Positions 28,084 through 37,541 of a stretch of 59,817 nucleotides of DNA are shown piece by piece (position 1 is the stretch's first letter; each line of letters begins with the position of its first letter). Source of the stretch: a virus (Duplodnaviria > Caudoviricetes); the IMG/VR virus record IMGVR_UViG_3300012920_000042, positions 1-59,817 of that record; one strand, written 5' to 3'. A model generated the notes under the pieces. The model ran no database searches, was not told the origin of the DNA, and saw only the letters and a list, made by a program, of their open reading frames with translations. The translations under genes were made by a program, and so were the position numbers.

Positions 28084-29124
28084 ATGAATATAGATCCTAC
28101 AACACACAGCACAGTTTATAATCCATTAAGTTCGCAAGGACAATGGGCACAACACCGTTTCGGTAAAAGAAACTACCCAGAATTAAACTTAGACTTAGAG
28201 ACTGTATTACATTCATTAGACAGTATCTCTGAAGGTTTCTTTGTGTTCGATCAACCTATATATTTGAAAAGTACTTATGGTGATGCTGGGCTATGGAAAG
28301 ATGCAACAAGGATATCTAAACTAGTTGGTGGTATGTTGACTATTTCAACTTACGGAATGATACCATCTAAAACTGTTGAAACACTTAAACAACATCAAGC
28401 AATGATACATGTATTTTGTGACGGCTTTGAACAAGAGTGTGGTAAAATATTCCAGGGACAAACATGGGAGTCTGTTGCTAATGTGCTTAGTTTAGCCAAC
28501 TCTAATGCAATGGTAGAGTTTTTTGTATACGAACACAATCAACATCAAATACCTTTTATTGCAACATTCTGTGCTCAAAGGAGTGTAAAAATAAAATTTA
28601 CACCAGGCATACAAAATGATAACATAGGATCTGTAGTAATTGATCAAGATGGTAATTGGCTATATGATGTTATTCCTGTTGACTTAGAAACAGAAATGCT
28701 TGATGATGATTATGATCATGTACAATTACGAGATATAAAAGATAGATTTAGTAATTTAAAACCTAAGAAGTTAAAGAGGCATTTGTCTAATTACAATAGT
28801 TTGAGAACATTTGTAGGACAAAAACAAGGCAGAGGATTATTGCAATCTCCTATGGTAAGTCACCTAATCAAACATCCACAATTACAAAAATTTGACAACC
28901 CAAACAAAGATGATATACACATCACACCTTCAGGTCATGTAACTGAAAATGGCGAAGAGTATTACATGTTTCTAAACATGTTGAGCCCAGATTGGCAAAT
29001 GACAAATAAGACAGTATCTAAAATAGACCCAACTGACGAATACGCACTTAAAACACTTTACTATGCACAAAAGTTTGATGATGTGTTTTTAAAAGATAGA
29101 CAAGTAAGAAATTACTTTACTTAG
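28084..29124 (+). CDS. Degenerate radical-SAM-like protein (no CxxxCxxC)
   Basis: YGDA, ISTYG, FCDG, W.SV.N, EFFVYEHNQHQI resemble phage rSAM barrel segments. Confidence 0.5.
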   Translation: MNIDPTTHSTVYNPLSSQGQWAQHRFGKRNYPELNLDLETVLHSLDSISEGFFVFDQPIYLKSTYGDAGLWKDATRISKLVGGMLTISTYGMIPSKTVETLKQHQAMIHVFCDGFEQECGKIFQGQTWESVANVLSLANSNAMVEFFVYEHNQHQIPFIATFCAQRSVKIKFTPGIQNDNIGSVVIDQDGNWLYDVIPVDLETEMLDDDYDHVQLRDIKDRFSNLKPKKLKRHLSNYNSLRTFVGQKQGRGLLQSPMVSHLIKHPQLQKFDNPNKDDIHITPSGHVTENGEEYYMFLNMLSPDWQMTNKTVSKIDPTDEYALKTLYYAQKFDDVFLKDRQVRNYFT

Positions 29125-29407
29125 GATTTACTATAACAGTAGGCGAACCTGCCATTACAGGATGTATACAAGTAGCCTTAGAAGCCGTCATAACTGTAAC
29201 AGGTTTTCCCATTGCTAATACTCTTAGAGCACAAGAAGTAGGATCTATATTTGGTTTGGCATGCAAGTTCTCACCATGAGGTGTAACTTCGTCTCCTGCA
29301 ACACTTATTGGTGAGCCTTCTACTAAAACAGTAGGTGCACCAGGACCTAATATAATACCACCTGGTCCTGCAAATGAAACTCCAACTTTTCCTGCTCCTG
29401 TAATCAT
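29117..29407 (-). CDS. PAAR-like baseplate spike tip protein
   Basis: TVLVEGSPISVAGD..PH..H, GKPV..ATCIH..GSPTV; likely start ATG 29407 at ATAAATA-N5. Confidence 0.85.
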   Translation of the reverse strand: MITGAGKVGVSFAGPGGIILGPGAPTVLVEGSPISVAGDEVTPHGENLHAKPNIDPTSCALRVLAMGKPVTVMTASKATCIHPVMAGSPTVIVNPK

Positions 29408-29420
29408 ACTATTATTTATC

Positions 29421-29448
29421 AAAGGAAAAGGGACCGAAGTCCCTTTTC
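29421..29448 (-). terminator. Intrinsic terminator with a UUCG loop
   Basis: GAAAAGGGAC-TTCG-GTCCCTTTTCCTTT. Confidence 0.85.
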
Positions 29449-29456
29449 TAGTATCC

Positions 29457-29612
29457 TTAAGGATAGTAAGGATTGTTTGTGATATAGTCAGGTAGTTCGG
29501 TTTTTTCATAGCGAACACCTCTGTAAACATATTCCACAGTTTTGCCTTGATCTTTCTTAAGTTGTTGTTTTACAGCACGTCGAATGAGTGCTTTCTCTTG
29601 ATACTTAGTCAT
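29457..29612 (-). CDS. DUF4278-like small protein, 51 aa (not in ORF track)
   Basis: MTKYQEKALIRRAVKQQLKKDQGKTVEYVYRGVRYEKTELPDYITNNPYYP; YRGV-x-Y motif; AAGGAG SD; followed by a terminator. Confidence 0.8.
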   Translation of the reverse strand: MTKYQEKALIRRAVKQQLKKDQGKTVEYVYRGVRYEKTELPDYITNNPYYP

Positions 29613-29633
29613 ATCATCTCCTTTTACAAAGAT

Positions 29634-29692
29634 GCGTTCCTTCGGATTAATTTCCTACTTCCGTTCACTGCTACATTTAGAGTGAATGAACG
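29634..29692 (-). promoter_or_regulatory. Glutamine-I riboswitch (glnA RNA motif), aptamer 2
   Basis: CGTTCA-[TTCACT..AGTGAA]-CGGAAGTA-[GGA..TCC]-GAAGGAACGC. Confidence 0.88.
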
Positions 29693-29698
29693 AGTTCG

Positions 29699-29748
29699 GC
29701 GTTCCTTCGTCACTTGTTTGACTACTTCCGTCCAATACTGGATGAACG
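29699..29748 (-). promoter_or_regulatory. Glutamine-I riboswitch (glnA RNA motif), aptamer 1
   Basis: CGTTCA-[TCCA..TGGA]-CGGAAGTA-[GTCA..TGAC]-GAAGGAACGC; GATAAATA box at 29756-29763. Confidence 0.88.
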
Positions 29749-29822
29749 TATATATTATTTATCTACAAATATATTGTAAAGCGAAGTAAATGAGGATTAC
29801 TGCTATACCTAGGTGCGTACCA

Positions 29823-30134
29823 TTAATCTTCTTCAAGAGATTCTTTAGCATCTGTTTCTTCTTTTACAGATTCTAAATAATCTTTTTCTGCTTCTGGTAG
29901 AGTAGAAACTATACATAGTATATTATTTAGTTGCATAGGTACCATGTCTGCCTCAGCAGTTAATAAAAAAGGACTTAAAATTACATCTGGACCATTTATT
30001 AATACTGCTCTTGGATGTTCTATAATGATAAAGTCTTCTGAAAAACTTAGCAATTTGCCAACAAATTCATCATTGTTGATGCTTCTGACTGTAACAACTT
30101 TATCTACAAGTGGAGTTAAATTTTCTGTGTACAT
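29823..30134 (-). CDS. Sm/LSm-like fold protein (similar to 4502-4789)
   Basis: KVVTVRSINNDEFVGKLLSF..IIIEHP. Confidence 0.55.
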   Translation of the reverse strand: MYTENLTPLVDKVVTVRSINNDEFVGKLLSFSEDFIIIEHPRAVLINGPDVILSPFLLTAEADMVPMQLNNILCIVSTLPEAEKDYLESVKEETDAKESLEED

Positions 30135-30376
30135 TAAATGTCACCTAACTTACTTGCGTCTACTAACTTCTTATAGTCTTGAAAACCGCCAATCTTTTCA
30201 CCATCAACAATAATTTGTGGGAAAGTTCTAGCACCTGGAAATGTTTCCATTAATGTTTCTCTATCAAAATCTTCATCTAACATTTTGTATGTTAGTTCAT
30301 GACCTTCTACTTCTGCTAAACGTTTTGCCATATCACAATATGGGCATTGTGGTTTGCTGTAAATTTCTACTTTCAT
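30134..30376 (-). CDS. Dithiol glutaredoxin (NrdC-like)
   Basis: CPYC, RTFPQI, IGG. Confidence 0.92.
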   Translation of the reverse strand: MKVEIYSKPQCPYCDMAKRLAEVEGHELTYKMLDEDFDRETLMETFPGARTFPQIIVDGEKIGGFQDYKKLVDASKLGDI

Positions 30377-31503
30377 TATAAACTTAAACCTTTAAATGTG
30401 TCTTCTGTTACGTCTTGTTTGGTACCTCCAATAACGTAACTACTAATTTCTGTCTCTTGTGGTGCTACTTGTACCTCGCCACCACTAATCCATTTTTGTG
30501 TCCATGGTAAAGGATTACTTGCACTAACTGTATAAGGACACGTTAATCCAACTGCTCTCATACGTTTTGCACCTATCCACTCAATGTAGTTCTTTAATAG
30601 TTCTGCATTCAAACCAATCATTGAACCATCTGTAAATAAGTAATCTGCCCAGCCTTTCTCTTGCTGTATGGCTTCCATAAACATCTCTACGCAGGCATCT
30701 TCAGTTTCATTTGCAATCTTGGCAAAGTCTTTGTCGTCTGTTTTTAACAGTTTCAACATTTGCTGAGTACTTGCTAAATGCACGTTTTCATCTCTTGCAA
30801 TAAGTTTAATGATCTTTGCATTACCTTCCATCTTTTTAAGTTCTGCAAATGCCCAACTACATGCAAAGGATACATAAAAACGTACACCTTCAAGTATATT
30901 TACACTCATTAGACATAACCACAGTTTCTTTTTGATATCATATAAGTCTACTGTTACTTTTTTACCATTAACTGTATGCGTACCTTCGCCTAATAAATTT
31001 AAGTAACTAACACTTTCTATAAGTTCATCATAGTGTTTGCTGATAGTATCAGAACATGCAACAATTTCTTTCATGTTTAACATGTTATCAAAAACAGCAC
31101 TTGGATCGGAATATATATTTCTAATAATATGTGTATAACTTCTGCTGTGAATTGTTTCTGAGAACGCCCAAGTTTCAATCCATGTTTCTAATTCAGGAAT
31201 ACTAACAATAGGCAACAAAGCCAAATTAGGGGAGCGGCCTTGTACACTATCTAAAATAATTTGTCTTTTTAAATTACTTGTAAAAATGTGTTGTTCATGA
31301 TCTGTTAAATCTCTAAAGTCCTTTGTGTCTTTAGTGATATCTACTTCTTCTGGTCTCCAGAAAAATCCTAACTGTTTATCAGTTAATTTATCAAATTGTC
31401 GATACTTAAGAGTATCATATCGTTGAACGTTTACTCCACCGGAGGTGTCAAGAAACATAGTAGCCTTGGTATGATCCTTCGGCTTTGAATTAAATACTGA
31501 CAT
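30376..31503 (-). CDS. nrdB: Ribonucleotide reductase class Ia beta subunit
   Basis: [42 protein letters not shown]. Confidence 0.97.
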   Translation of the reverse strand: MSVFNSKPKDHTKATMFLDTSGGVNVQRYDTLKYRQFDKLTDKQLGFFWRPEEVDITKDTKDFRDLTDHEQHIFTSNLKRQIILDSVQGRSPNLALLPIVSIPELETWIETWAFSETIHSRSYTHIIRNIYSDPSAVFDNMLNMKEIVACSDTISKHYDELIESVSYLNLLGEGTHTVNGKKVTVDLYDIKKKLWLCLMSVNILEGVRFYVSFACSWAFAELKKMEGNAKIIKLIARDENVHLASTQQMLKLLKTDDKDFAKIANETEDACVEMFMEAIQQEKGWADYLFTDGSMIGLNAELLKNYIEWIGAKRMRAVGLTCPYTVSASNPLPWTQKWISGGEVQVAPQETEISSYVIGGTKQDVTEDTFKGLSL

Positions 31504-31513
31504 TGTCTATTCC

Positions 31514-33826
31514 TTAAATCTTACAACTGTCGCAATCTTCGTCATCATCTACTGACGTGATAAAGTTGGCTTCAACATTCTTACGAGGTTCTTCCTTGTC
31601 AATGTCAATCTCGCCTTGTCCATCATATGTATTGTTGTAGTATAACTGCTTGCCACCATATTTATAAAACATGATGATGTGCTGTAGTAGAACACTCATT
31701 GGAATCTTTTCATCTTCAAAGTGTTCAGGGTTATAACTTGTGTTCACAGAAATACCTTGGTCAATGTATTTTTGTAGAACTGCCATAATTTTTAAGTAAC
31801 CCTCGGGAGATGCCTGGTCCCATAATAGGTCATACTTATTTTTGAGTTTAGCATATTGTGGAACTACTTGTTTAAGTACTCCATGCTTACTTTGTTTTAC
31901 ACTAACGAAACTTCGCGGAGGCTCAATTCCGTTTGTACTGTTACTTATCTGAGCAGACGTTTCTGCTGGCATTAATGCCATCAAAGTTGAGTTTCTGATG
32001 CCCGTATCTTTTAATTGTTTACGCAACCCTTTCCAGTCCATTCTTTCTTTGTGTTTGACTAGTTCGTCAACATCTGCTTTATATGTTTGGTTAGGTGTTA
32101 GTCCGTCACCGTATTTTGTCTCATCATTACCAGGACATGCACCTTTTTCAACTGCCAAGTCGGCACTTGCTTTAATTAAATAATAACTCCATGCTTCTGC
32201 ATATTCATCTACAAGTTCTAAATTAGGATTTTGATATGTGCTATCATTCTTTGCCAACCAAAATGCAAAATTAATAATACCAACACCTAAAGGCCTACGT
32301 TTTTCTGTGGCTAATTGTGCCGCTATTACCGGGTACTTTTGGTAGTCTAAGAGTGCGTCTAAGCCTCTTACAGCAAGTTCACAAGGCTTCTGGAACTCTT
32401 GTGGGCTCTTAATTCTACCCCAGTTAATAGCACTTAAAGTACACAATGCTATTTCACCTTCAGCATCGTCACTACTCATTAATGGCTTTGTAGGTAAGTC
32501 AATTTCACAGCATAAATTACTTTGTCTTACAGGTGCTACTTCTTCTTTAAATGCTCCATGGGTATTAGCATGGTCAACATTCATTAAATAAATTCTGCCT
32601 GTATCTTTTCTTTCTGTAACAAAGGCACTAAACAAATCGATTGCTTTTACTGTTTTCTTTCTAATACTAGTTTTACGTTCTGCGGCTTCATATAACTCTT
32701 GAAACTTGTCTTGATCTGCGTAAAAGGCCTCATACAGTCCTGGAACATCATGTGGAGAGAATAAAGTTATATCTCCTCCTTCAATAAGTCTTTCATACAT
32801 TAACTTATTGAATTGCACACCATAGTCCATATGTCTAACACGATTTTCTTCTGTACCTTTATTGTTCTTTAATACCAACATGTCTTCTATTTCTGCATGC
32901 CAGATAGGATAGTATAGTGTAGCGGCTCCGCCTCTTACACCACCTTGTGAACAACTTTTTACAGCACTTTGGAATAATTTATAGAAGGGGATAACTCCTG
33001 TGTGAGTTGCGTCTCCACTCCTAATAGGTGATCCAATTCCTCTAATCTTTCCTGCACCAATTCCTATACCTGCTTTTTGACTTACATACTTTACAATACT
33101 AGTTGTTGTAGCATTGATGCTATCTAAACTATCATCAGTTTCAATTAGTACGCAACTACTGAATTGTCTTTGTGGTGTACGCACACCAGCCATAACAGGA
33201 GTAGGCAAACTAATATAATGTAAACTAACTGCATCATAATATTCTTTAACAGTTTGCAATCTTGTTTCTTTAGGATATGCACTAAACAATGTTGCAGAAA
33301 TCAACATATAAGCAACTTGAGGAGTTTCAAATATCTCCCCTGTTGTACGATTTTGCACCAAATATTTTCCTCTAAACTGTTCCATCGCGGCATACGTTAA
33401 ACCTTCGTCACGCTCGTGTACGATGTAATTGCTTAGTTCGTCGATTTCATCTTTAGTGTAAAGTTCTAAGATTTCAGGATCATAAAATCCTCTGTCTATA
33501 TTACCTTGAATAATATCACATAAACAAGGAGGTTCAAATGTTCCATAAACCTCTTTACGCAGATGATAGTTAATTAATCTACCTGCAACAAATTGATAGT
33601 TTGGAGTTTCTTCTGTGATTAAATCAGCGGCACTTTTGATAAGTGTTTCTTGTATTTCTGCACTAGTGATTCCAGTATAGAACTGTATATGCGATTTAAT
33701 CTCAACTTCTGATTCACTTACACCCGTAATACCTTCACAGGCATGAAAGACGACTTTATGTAACTTGTCAAGTTCTAATGGTTCTTTTCTTCCGTCTCTC
33801 TTTGTGATTAAAATTTCTTTTGACAT
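31514..33826 (-). CDS. nrdA: Ribonucleotide reductase class Ia alpha subunit with ATP cone
   Basis: ITKRDG ATP-cone, QFSSC, SNLCCEI, C-terminal CDSC; no intein or intron evident. Confidence 0.97.
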   Translation of the reverse strand: MSKEILITKRDGRKEPLELDKLHKVVFHACEGITGVSESEVEIKSHIQFYTGITSAEIQETLIKSAADLITEETPNYQFVAGRLINYHLRKEVYGTFEPPCLCDIIQGNIDRGFYDPEILELYTKDEIDELSNYIVHERDEGLTYAAMEQFRGKYLVQNRTTGEIFETPQVAYMLISATLFSAYPKETRLQTVKEYYDAVSLHYISLPTPVMAGVRTPQRQFSSCVLIETDDSLDSINATTTSIVKYVSQKAGIGIGAGKIRGIGSPIRSGDATHTGVIPFYKLFQSAVKSCSQGGVRGGAATLYYPIWHAEIEDMLVLKNNKGTEENRVRHMDYGVQFNKLMYERLIEGGDITLFSPHDVPGLYEAFYADQDKFQELYEAAERKTSIRKKTVKAIDLFSAFVTERKDTGRIYLMNVDHANTHGAFKEEVAPVRQSNLCCEIDLPTKPLMSSDDAEGEIALCTLSAINWGRIKSPQEFQKPCELAVRGLDALLDYQKYPVIAAQLATEKRRPLGVGIINFAFWLAKNDSTYQNPNLELVDEYAEAWSYYLIKASADLAVEKGACPGNDETKYGDGLTPNQTYKADVDELVKHKERMDWKGLRKQLKDTGIRNSTLMALMPAETSAQISNSTNGIEPPRSFVSVKQSKHGVLKQVVPQYAKLKNKYDLLWDQASPEGYLKIMAVLQKYIDQGISVNTSYNPEHFEDEKIPMSVLLQHIIMFYKYGGKQLYYNNTYDGQGEIDIDKEEPRKNVEANFITSVDDDEDCDSCKI

Positions 33827-33864
33827 AGTGTTCCTGTGTGTTAGATGTAAAAATTCTATACTTT

Positions 33865-33893
33865 ATTATACATGCTATTATTTAGTTTGTCAA
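33865..33893 (-). promoter_or_regulatory. sigma70-type nrdA promoter with TAAATA in the spacer
   Basis: TTGACA-17nt-TATAAT; TAAATA at 33879-33884. Confidence 0.8.
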
Positions 33894-34327
33894 GCATATA
33901 ATTTATCTAGTGTTATTATACTGGAATGGAATGTAACTGAGTTATCTCTGACGTATTTTTCACTTGCAATCTCGCCAGGAATGAAGTTAAAAAAGGAGCC
34001 TTCTACTTCAAATATTGCACCCTCGGTTCCAGTTATGTGATTACTTATCATCTCAAATTTTACTGATTCTGAGTTTATGAAGTTAAAATGATGAAGGGTA
34101 GAAGCCATTACAATAGATAATCCTGTTTGACACAAATAGCCTTCTCTAACTATCTCAAATACGTTAGGCCAATTGCCTGGAGTATAGTAATCTATGTAAC
34201 GTGATTTAGGTTTGACGTCTTTGAAACCTTCAGCAATATGAAGCATAGTTCCGTCTTTTGGAAAGTTGTTTCTGAAGTGTCGCCATGCACGAAGTCGGGC
34301 GTCACCGTCCTGTGTGTTTGTGAACAT
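33890..34327 (-). CDS. Hypothetical protein
   Basis: RLRAWRHFR..DYYTPGNWPNVFEI; follows the virion gene. Confidence 0.7.
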   Translation of the reverse strand: MFTNTQDGDARLRAWRHFRNNFPKDGTMLHIAEGFKDVKPKSRYIDYYTPGNWPNVFEIVREGYLCQTGLSIVMASTLHHFNFINSESVKFEMISNHITGTEGAIFEVEGSFFNFIPGEIASEKYVRDNSVTFHSSIITLDKLYA

Positions 34328-34336
34328 TTAACCTTC

Positions 34337-37300
34337 TTAACTGGTTGCAGACCAACGGTCTTGGACGTATTTAACTTTTAATTGCACTCCTAAATTGTGC
34401 GTAATATTTGTATTTGATTCTGCTTCTAACTGATCGTTTACAAGGAATATTTTGATTAATCCTGAACTATCCATTTGTGCTCTAAACTTAGGCTCAACTA
34501 ATTGGTTAGTATGAGTAGTAATCTCTGAGTGACTTGAGAACGAGTCATTAAATATAACAGCATTTGCTTGATCTGTAAAGTCTGATCTACCTGCTATAGT
34601 CCAAACACCTGCTCTAATATATTTGTTAGCAGATGCACTTGCACTTTCAGATATACTGTAGTCTACTTTAAACACATTGTATGTACTACTAGCATCAAAT
34701 GAAGCAACTAACTTAGCCGCACTCAATTGTGATTGTGTAACTGCCCCTACTCCTGGAATACCGTTGTCTCCTGGTATGAGAACTGTTTGTTCCATACTAT
34801 TGAAACTTGTAACCTTGTTACCAAATGTTGCGGCCTCTCTAGTAGAGATTTCAATGTTGTTTTTGAGATTTACAAGTCCTCTTGAACCTTTGTTACTGTC
34901 TAGTAACTTGTCATATAAACTTGTACCATAAATTCTGTTTGTAATGTTGTTAAAGATACCTGCTTCTTCTCTACTACCAAAAGTAATCTCGTTAAATGTA
35001 TTGTCTATAGATAAACTGTACTGCGTAGACATGTTTGTACTCTTAGGACTTAGTGTTGCATAAGTTGAACTGTCTCCTGGGAATACGTTACTGAATAAGT
35101 TTACATCTCTGCTGTTTACTGTACTGTTTAACCATTGCTCAAACTTTGCTTTAACTGTGTTATTTGCTCTGTCATATAGTTTATCTTCTAAACCTAAAAC
35201 AGACAATGTGTTTACTTTCTTATCTTCAAATAAAGTAAATTCTAAACCACCAGTTGCTACAGACGAGTATGCTGGTCTTTGAGAAATGTATACTGCATTT
35301 TTGGCTCCATCGTCTTGAGGTATCCAATTCATTTGTGGATAAATTTGTACGTTTGAACCTGCTATCTCAACTAAATTTTTGTTTACTGTAACAATAGCAC
35401 TTTCTACTGTTGTGTTAGAGGATAACTTAATGTTAAGTACTGGTACTGCTTTAAATGATGTTGAACCAAAGGTTAATGAAGATATTGGTCTAACTCCTGC
35501 ATCTCCATTTGATATTGTTCCACCTGCACCTGATTCTGTTAATAGTGTTGCCGCTGTTGACATGTTAAATGGATAGTTTTCTACATAGAATGTATCTTCT
35601 GTAATATCACTAGCAGAACTCTTGATGTCATATGCTGTTGGAGGTGAACCTAATGGGAATACAGCAGGACCGCTTATTCTTACTGCTGATATGCCTGGAC
35701 CAATACCATGTGCTTTAGATTGTACTTGTATTGTTGTGTTCACATCACTTGCTGAACTACCGTGGTTAACATACTTAATACCATCGTGTGCAATATTTGA
35801 AGTAAATGTAACATTACTGTTGCCTGCAAGTATGTCATTTGTATCAACTCTAACAGTAAAGTGACTGCCTACTTTACTTGAAACAACTTTAAATACTGTA
35901 TCGTGTAATTCACAAGCACCTGCATTGCCTAAGTTATCTATAATCCTAACATGGTCTCCTGCTTGTACCTCACCTGCTTTTAATGTGTTATCATAAATTC
36001 TAATAACACATGTTGTAGGTGAAGCATTTGTAAAGCCGTTACCTGGGAAGTTTGGATCTACTTCAACGTTTGCACTTGCAGATCTTGAAATTGTGTATGG
36101 TAATGAAGGCATTGCTATTGTTACTGCTGAGCCACTTACACCTGCAACTCCAAATCTTGCTCTGTGTAAATATTCATCATCATTACCTGCGCCACCAATA
36201 AACATCATTGAATCATATTTGTAAACACCTGAGGCGGCTTCTGTTTGGAACTTACCTGCATCATTTGACGAACTAAATGTTACTACATAAGTTTCGCCAT
36301 CATTTGATGAGATAACATTTGCTAAACCTAATTGCTCATCTTCTCTTGCAATATATAAATTTCCAAGTGTAAGTCCTGTTGTTGCTGTAATATTTGCACC
36401 ATCGGCTGTTGCGGCAATATGAATCAAATCCATACCAACGTAACCAACTCCAGTTGACTTACTTATTTGGATATTTTCTTTCTTAAAATGTTTGTAAGAA
36501 GGTAATAGTCCTGATCCCCATAGTGTTGTATTTTGATAAAAACTTGGCATAGGAACACTTGCAGAAATATTTCCTTTATGTGATCCTGATTGCACACCTT
36601 CTATTGCTGAAATAACATTTGCATTTGAATAGTATGTTAATGCTAATGAATCATAGACTGAAGGTGCTGTTCTTAATGTTAAACTATGAGAACCTGTACT
36701 TGATACGTTACTTCCATCAATAGCAAAATCAACATTTGCTGATGGTGTATATGTTGATAACCCTGACTCACCTGTAAGTTCAATAGAATTCTTAACTACT
36801 GTTACGTCTTTAGAGTTGAAAGGTTGATCTGTAAAAATGTTCTTTTGATGTTTTGGAATAAATTGTACTGCTGTTCCACTTGATATTTCTGAAATAGATT
36901 GGTCTATAGTAACTGTATAATAAGTTCCGCCACTGTGCCTACTTACTGTATTAACTTTTGGTCTTGTTCCATTGTATCCAGCAATAATTATTTCGTCATT
37001 GATTCTAATATTACCTGTAGCATCTAAACCAGATACTATTGAAATTTGCATTTCAAAACTACCAGCGGCCTTTGTTGAATGTAATGTACTAGAAACTGAT
37101 GCTGTTGATACTGGGGAGAAAACAGGGTATGTGGAATCAGAAAATGCACTAGCAGTTGAACCTGCTAAAATGCTTCTAGCATCTGTTGGTTGCCAACTTT
37201 TAACTTTGCTGGTACCGTTAAATTCACCTTCAACATATCTAATTGAAGGAACGTTAAATGCAACAATATTATTGTTGGCAATACTTGCCACATGGTCTTT

Positions 37301-37498
37301 TGCACTTAAAGTATTTTCATAGTAACTTACACTATGATAATCTGCTGTTGCAGGGTTAGTTGGATCACCACCGATATAGAGTTGTCTACTATCTGTAGCC
37401 AATCCTATTTCACCAGGACGTAAAGGCTGAGGAAGATCCTGCTTTAGTCCTCTTCGGTGTTGGATTCTAGATACTATTGTTTTATCGTTTTCTGCCAC
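34337..37498 (-). CDS. Large beta-rich virion structural protein (tail/baseplate fibre-like)
   Basis: N-terminal RIQHRRG..LPQPLRPGEIGLATD..LYIG (Mtd/hyaluronidase N-terminal type); S/T/G/N-rich; late box and GGAG SD. Confidence 0.75.
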   Translation of the reverse strand: MAENDKTIVSRIQHRRGLKQDLPQPLRPGEIGLATDSRQLYIGGDPTNPATADYHSVSYYENTLSAKDHVASIANNNIVAFNVPSIRYVEGEFNGTSKVKSWQPTDARSILAGSTASAFSDSTYPVFSPVSTASVSSTLHSTKAAGSFEMQISIVSGLDATGNIRINDEIIIAGYNGTRPKVNTVSRHSGGTYYTVTIDQSISEISSGTAVQFIPKHQKNIFTDQPFNSKDVTVVKNSIELTGESGLSTYTPSANVDFAIDGSNVSSTGSHSLTLRTAPSVYDSLALTYYSNANVISAIEGVQSGSHKGNISASVPMPSFYQNTTLWGSGLLPSYKHFKKENIQISKSTGVGYVGMDLIHIAATADGANITATTGLTLGNLYIAREDEQLGLANVISSNDGETYVVTFSSSNDAGKFQTEAASGVYKYDSMMFIGGAGNDDEYLHRARFGVAGVSGSAVTIAMPSLPYTISRSASANVEVDPNFPGNGFTNASPTTCVIRIYDNTLKAGEVQAGDHVRIIDNLGNAGACELHDTVFKVVSSKVGSHFTVRVDTNDILAGNSNVTFTSNIAHDGIKYVNHGSSASDVNTTIQVQSKAHGIGPGISAVRISGPAVFPLGSPPTAYDIKSSASDITEDTFYVENYPFNMSTAATLLTESGAGGTISNGDAGVRPISSLTFGSTSFKAVPVLNIKLSSNTTVESAIVTVNKNLVEIAGSNVQIYPQMNWIPQDDGAKNAVYISQRPAYSSVATGGLEFTLFEDKKVNTLSVLGLEDKLYDRANNTVKAKFEQWLNSTVNSRDVNLFSNVFPGDSSTYATLSPKSTNMSTQYSLSIDNTFNEITFGSREEAGIFNNITNRIYGTSLYDKLLDSNKGSRGLVNLKNNIEISTREAATFGNKVTSFNSMEQTVLIPGDNGIPGVGAVTQSQLSAAKLVASFDASSTYNVFKVDYSISESASASANKYIRAGVWTIAGRSDFTDQANAVIFNDSFSSHSEITTHTNQLVEPKFRAQMDSSGLIKIFLVNDQLEAESNTNITHNLGVQLKVKYVQDRWSATS

Positions 37499-37541
37499 TG
37501 TTAATGTCTCCTGACTTAACAGTATTTATCACATTTAGCAG

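Noticed and set aside
29408-29530. ORF-track N-terminal extension of the PAAR protein
   Set aside because: Crosses a terminator and the late promoter and overlaps the DUF4278-like ORF; ATG 29407 fits better
29547-29789. 80-aa plus-strand ORF
   Set aside because: Antisense to the riboswitch unit; shadow ORF
30376-33826. Introns, inteins or homing endonucleases in nrdAB
   Set aside because: Both ORFs are uninterrupted and of normal length
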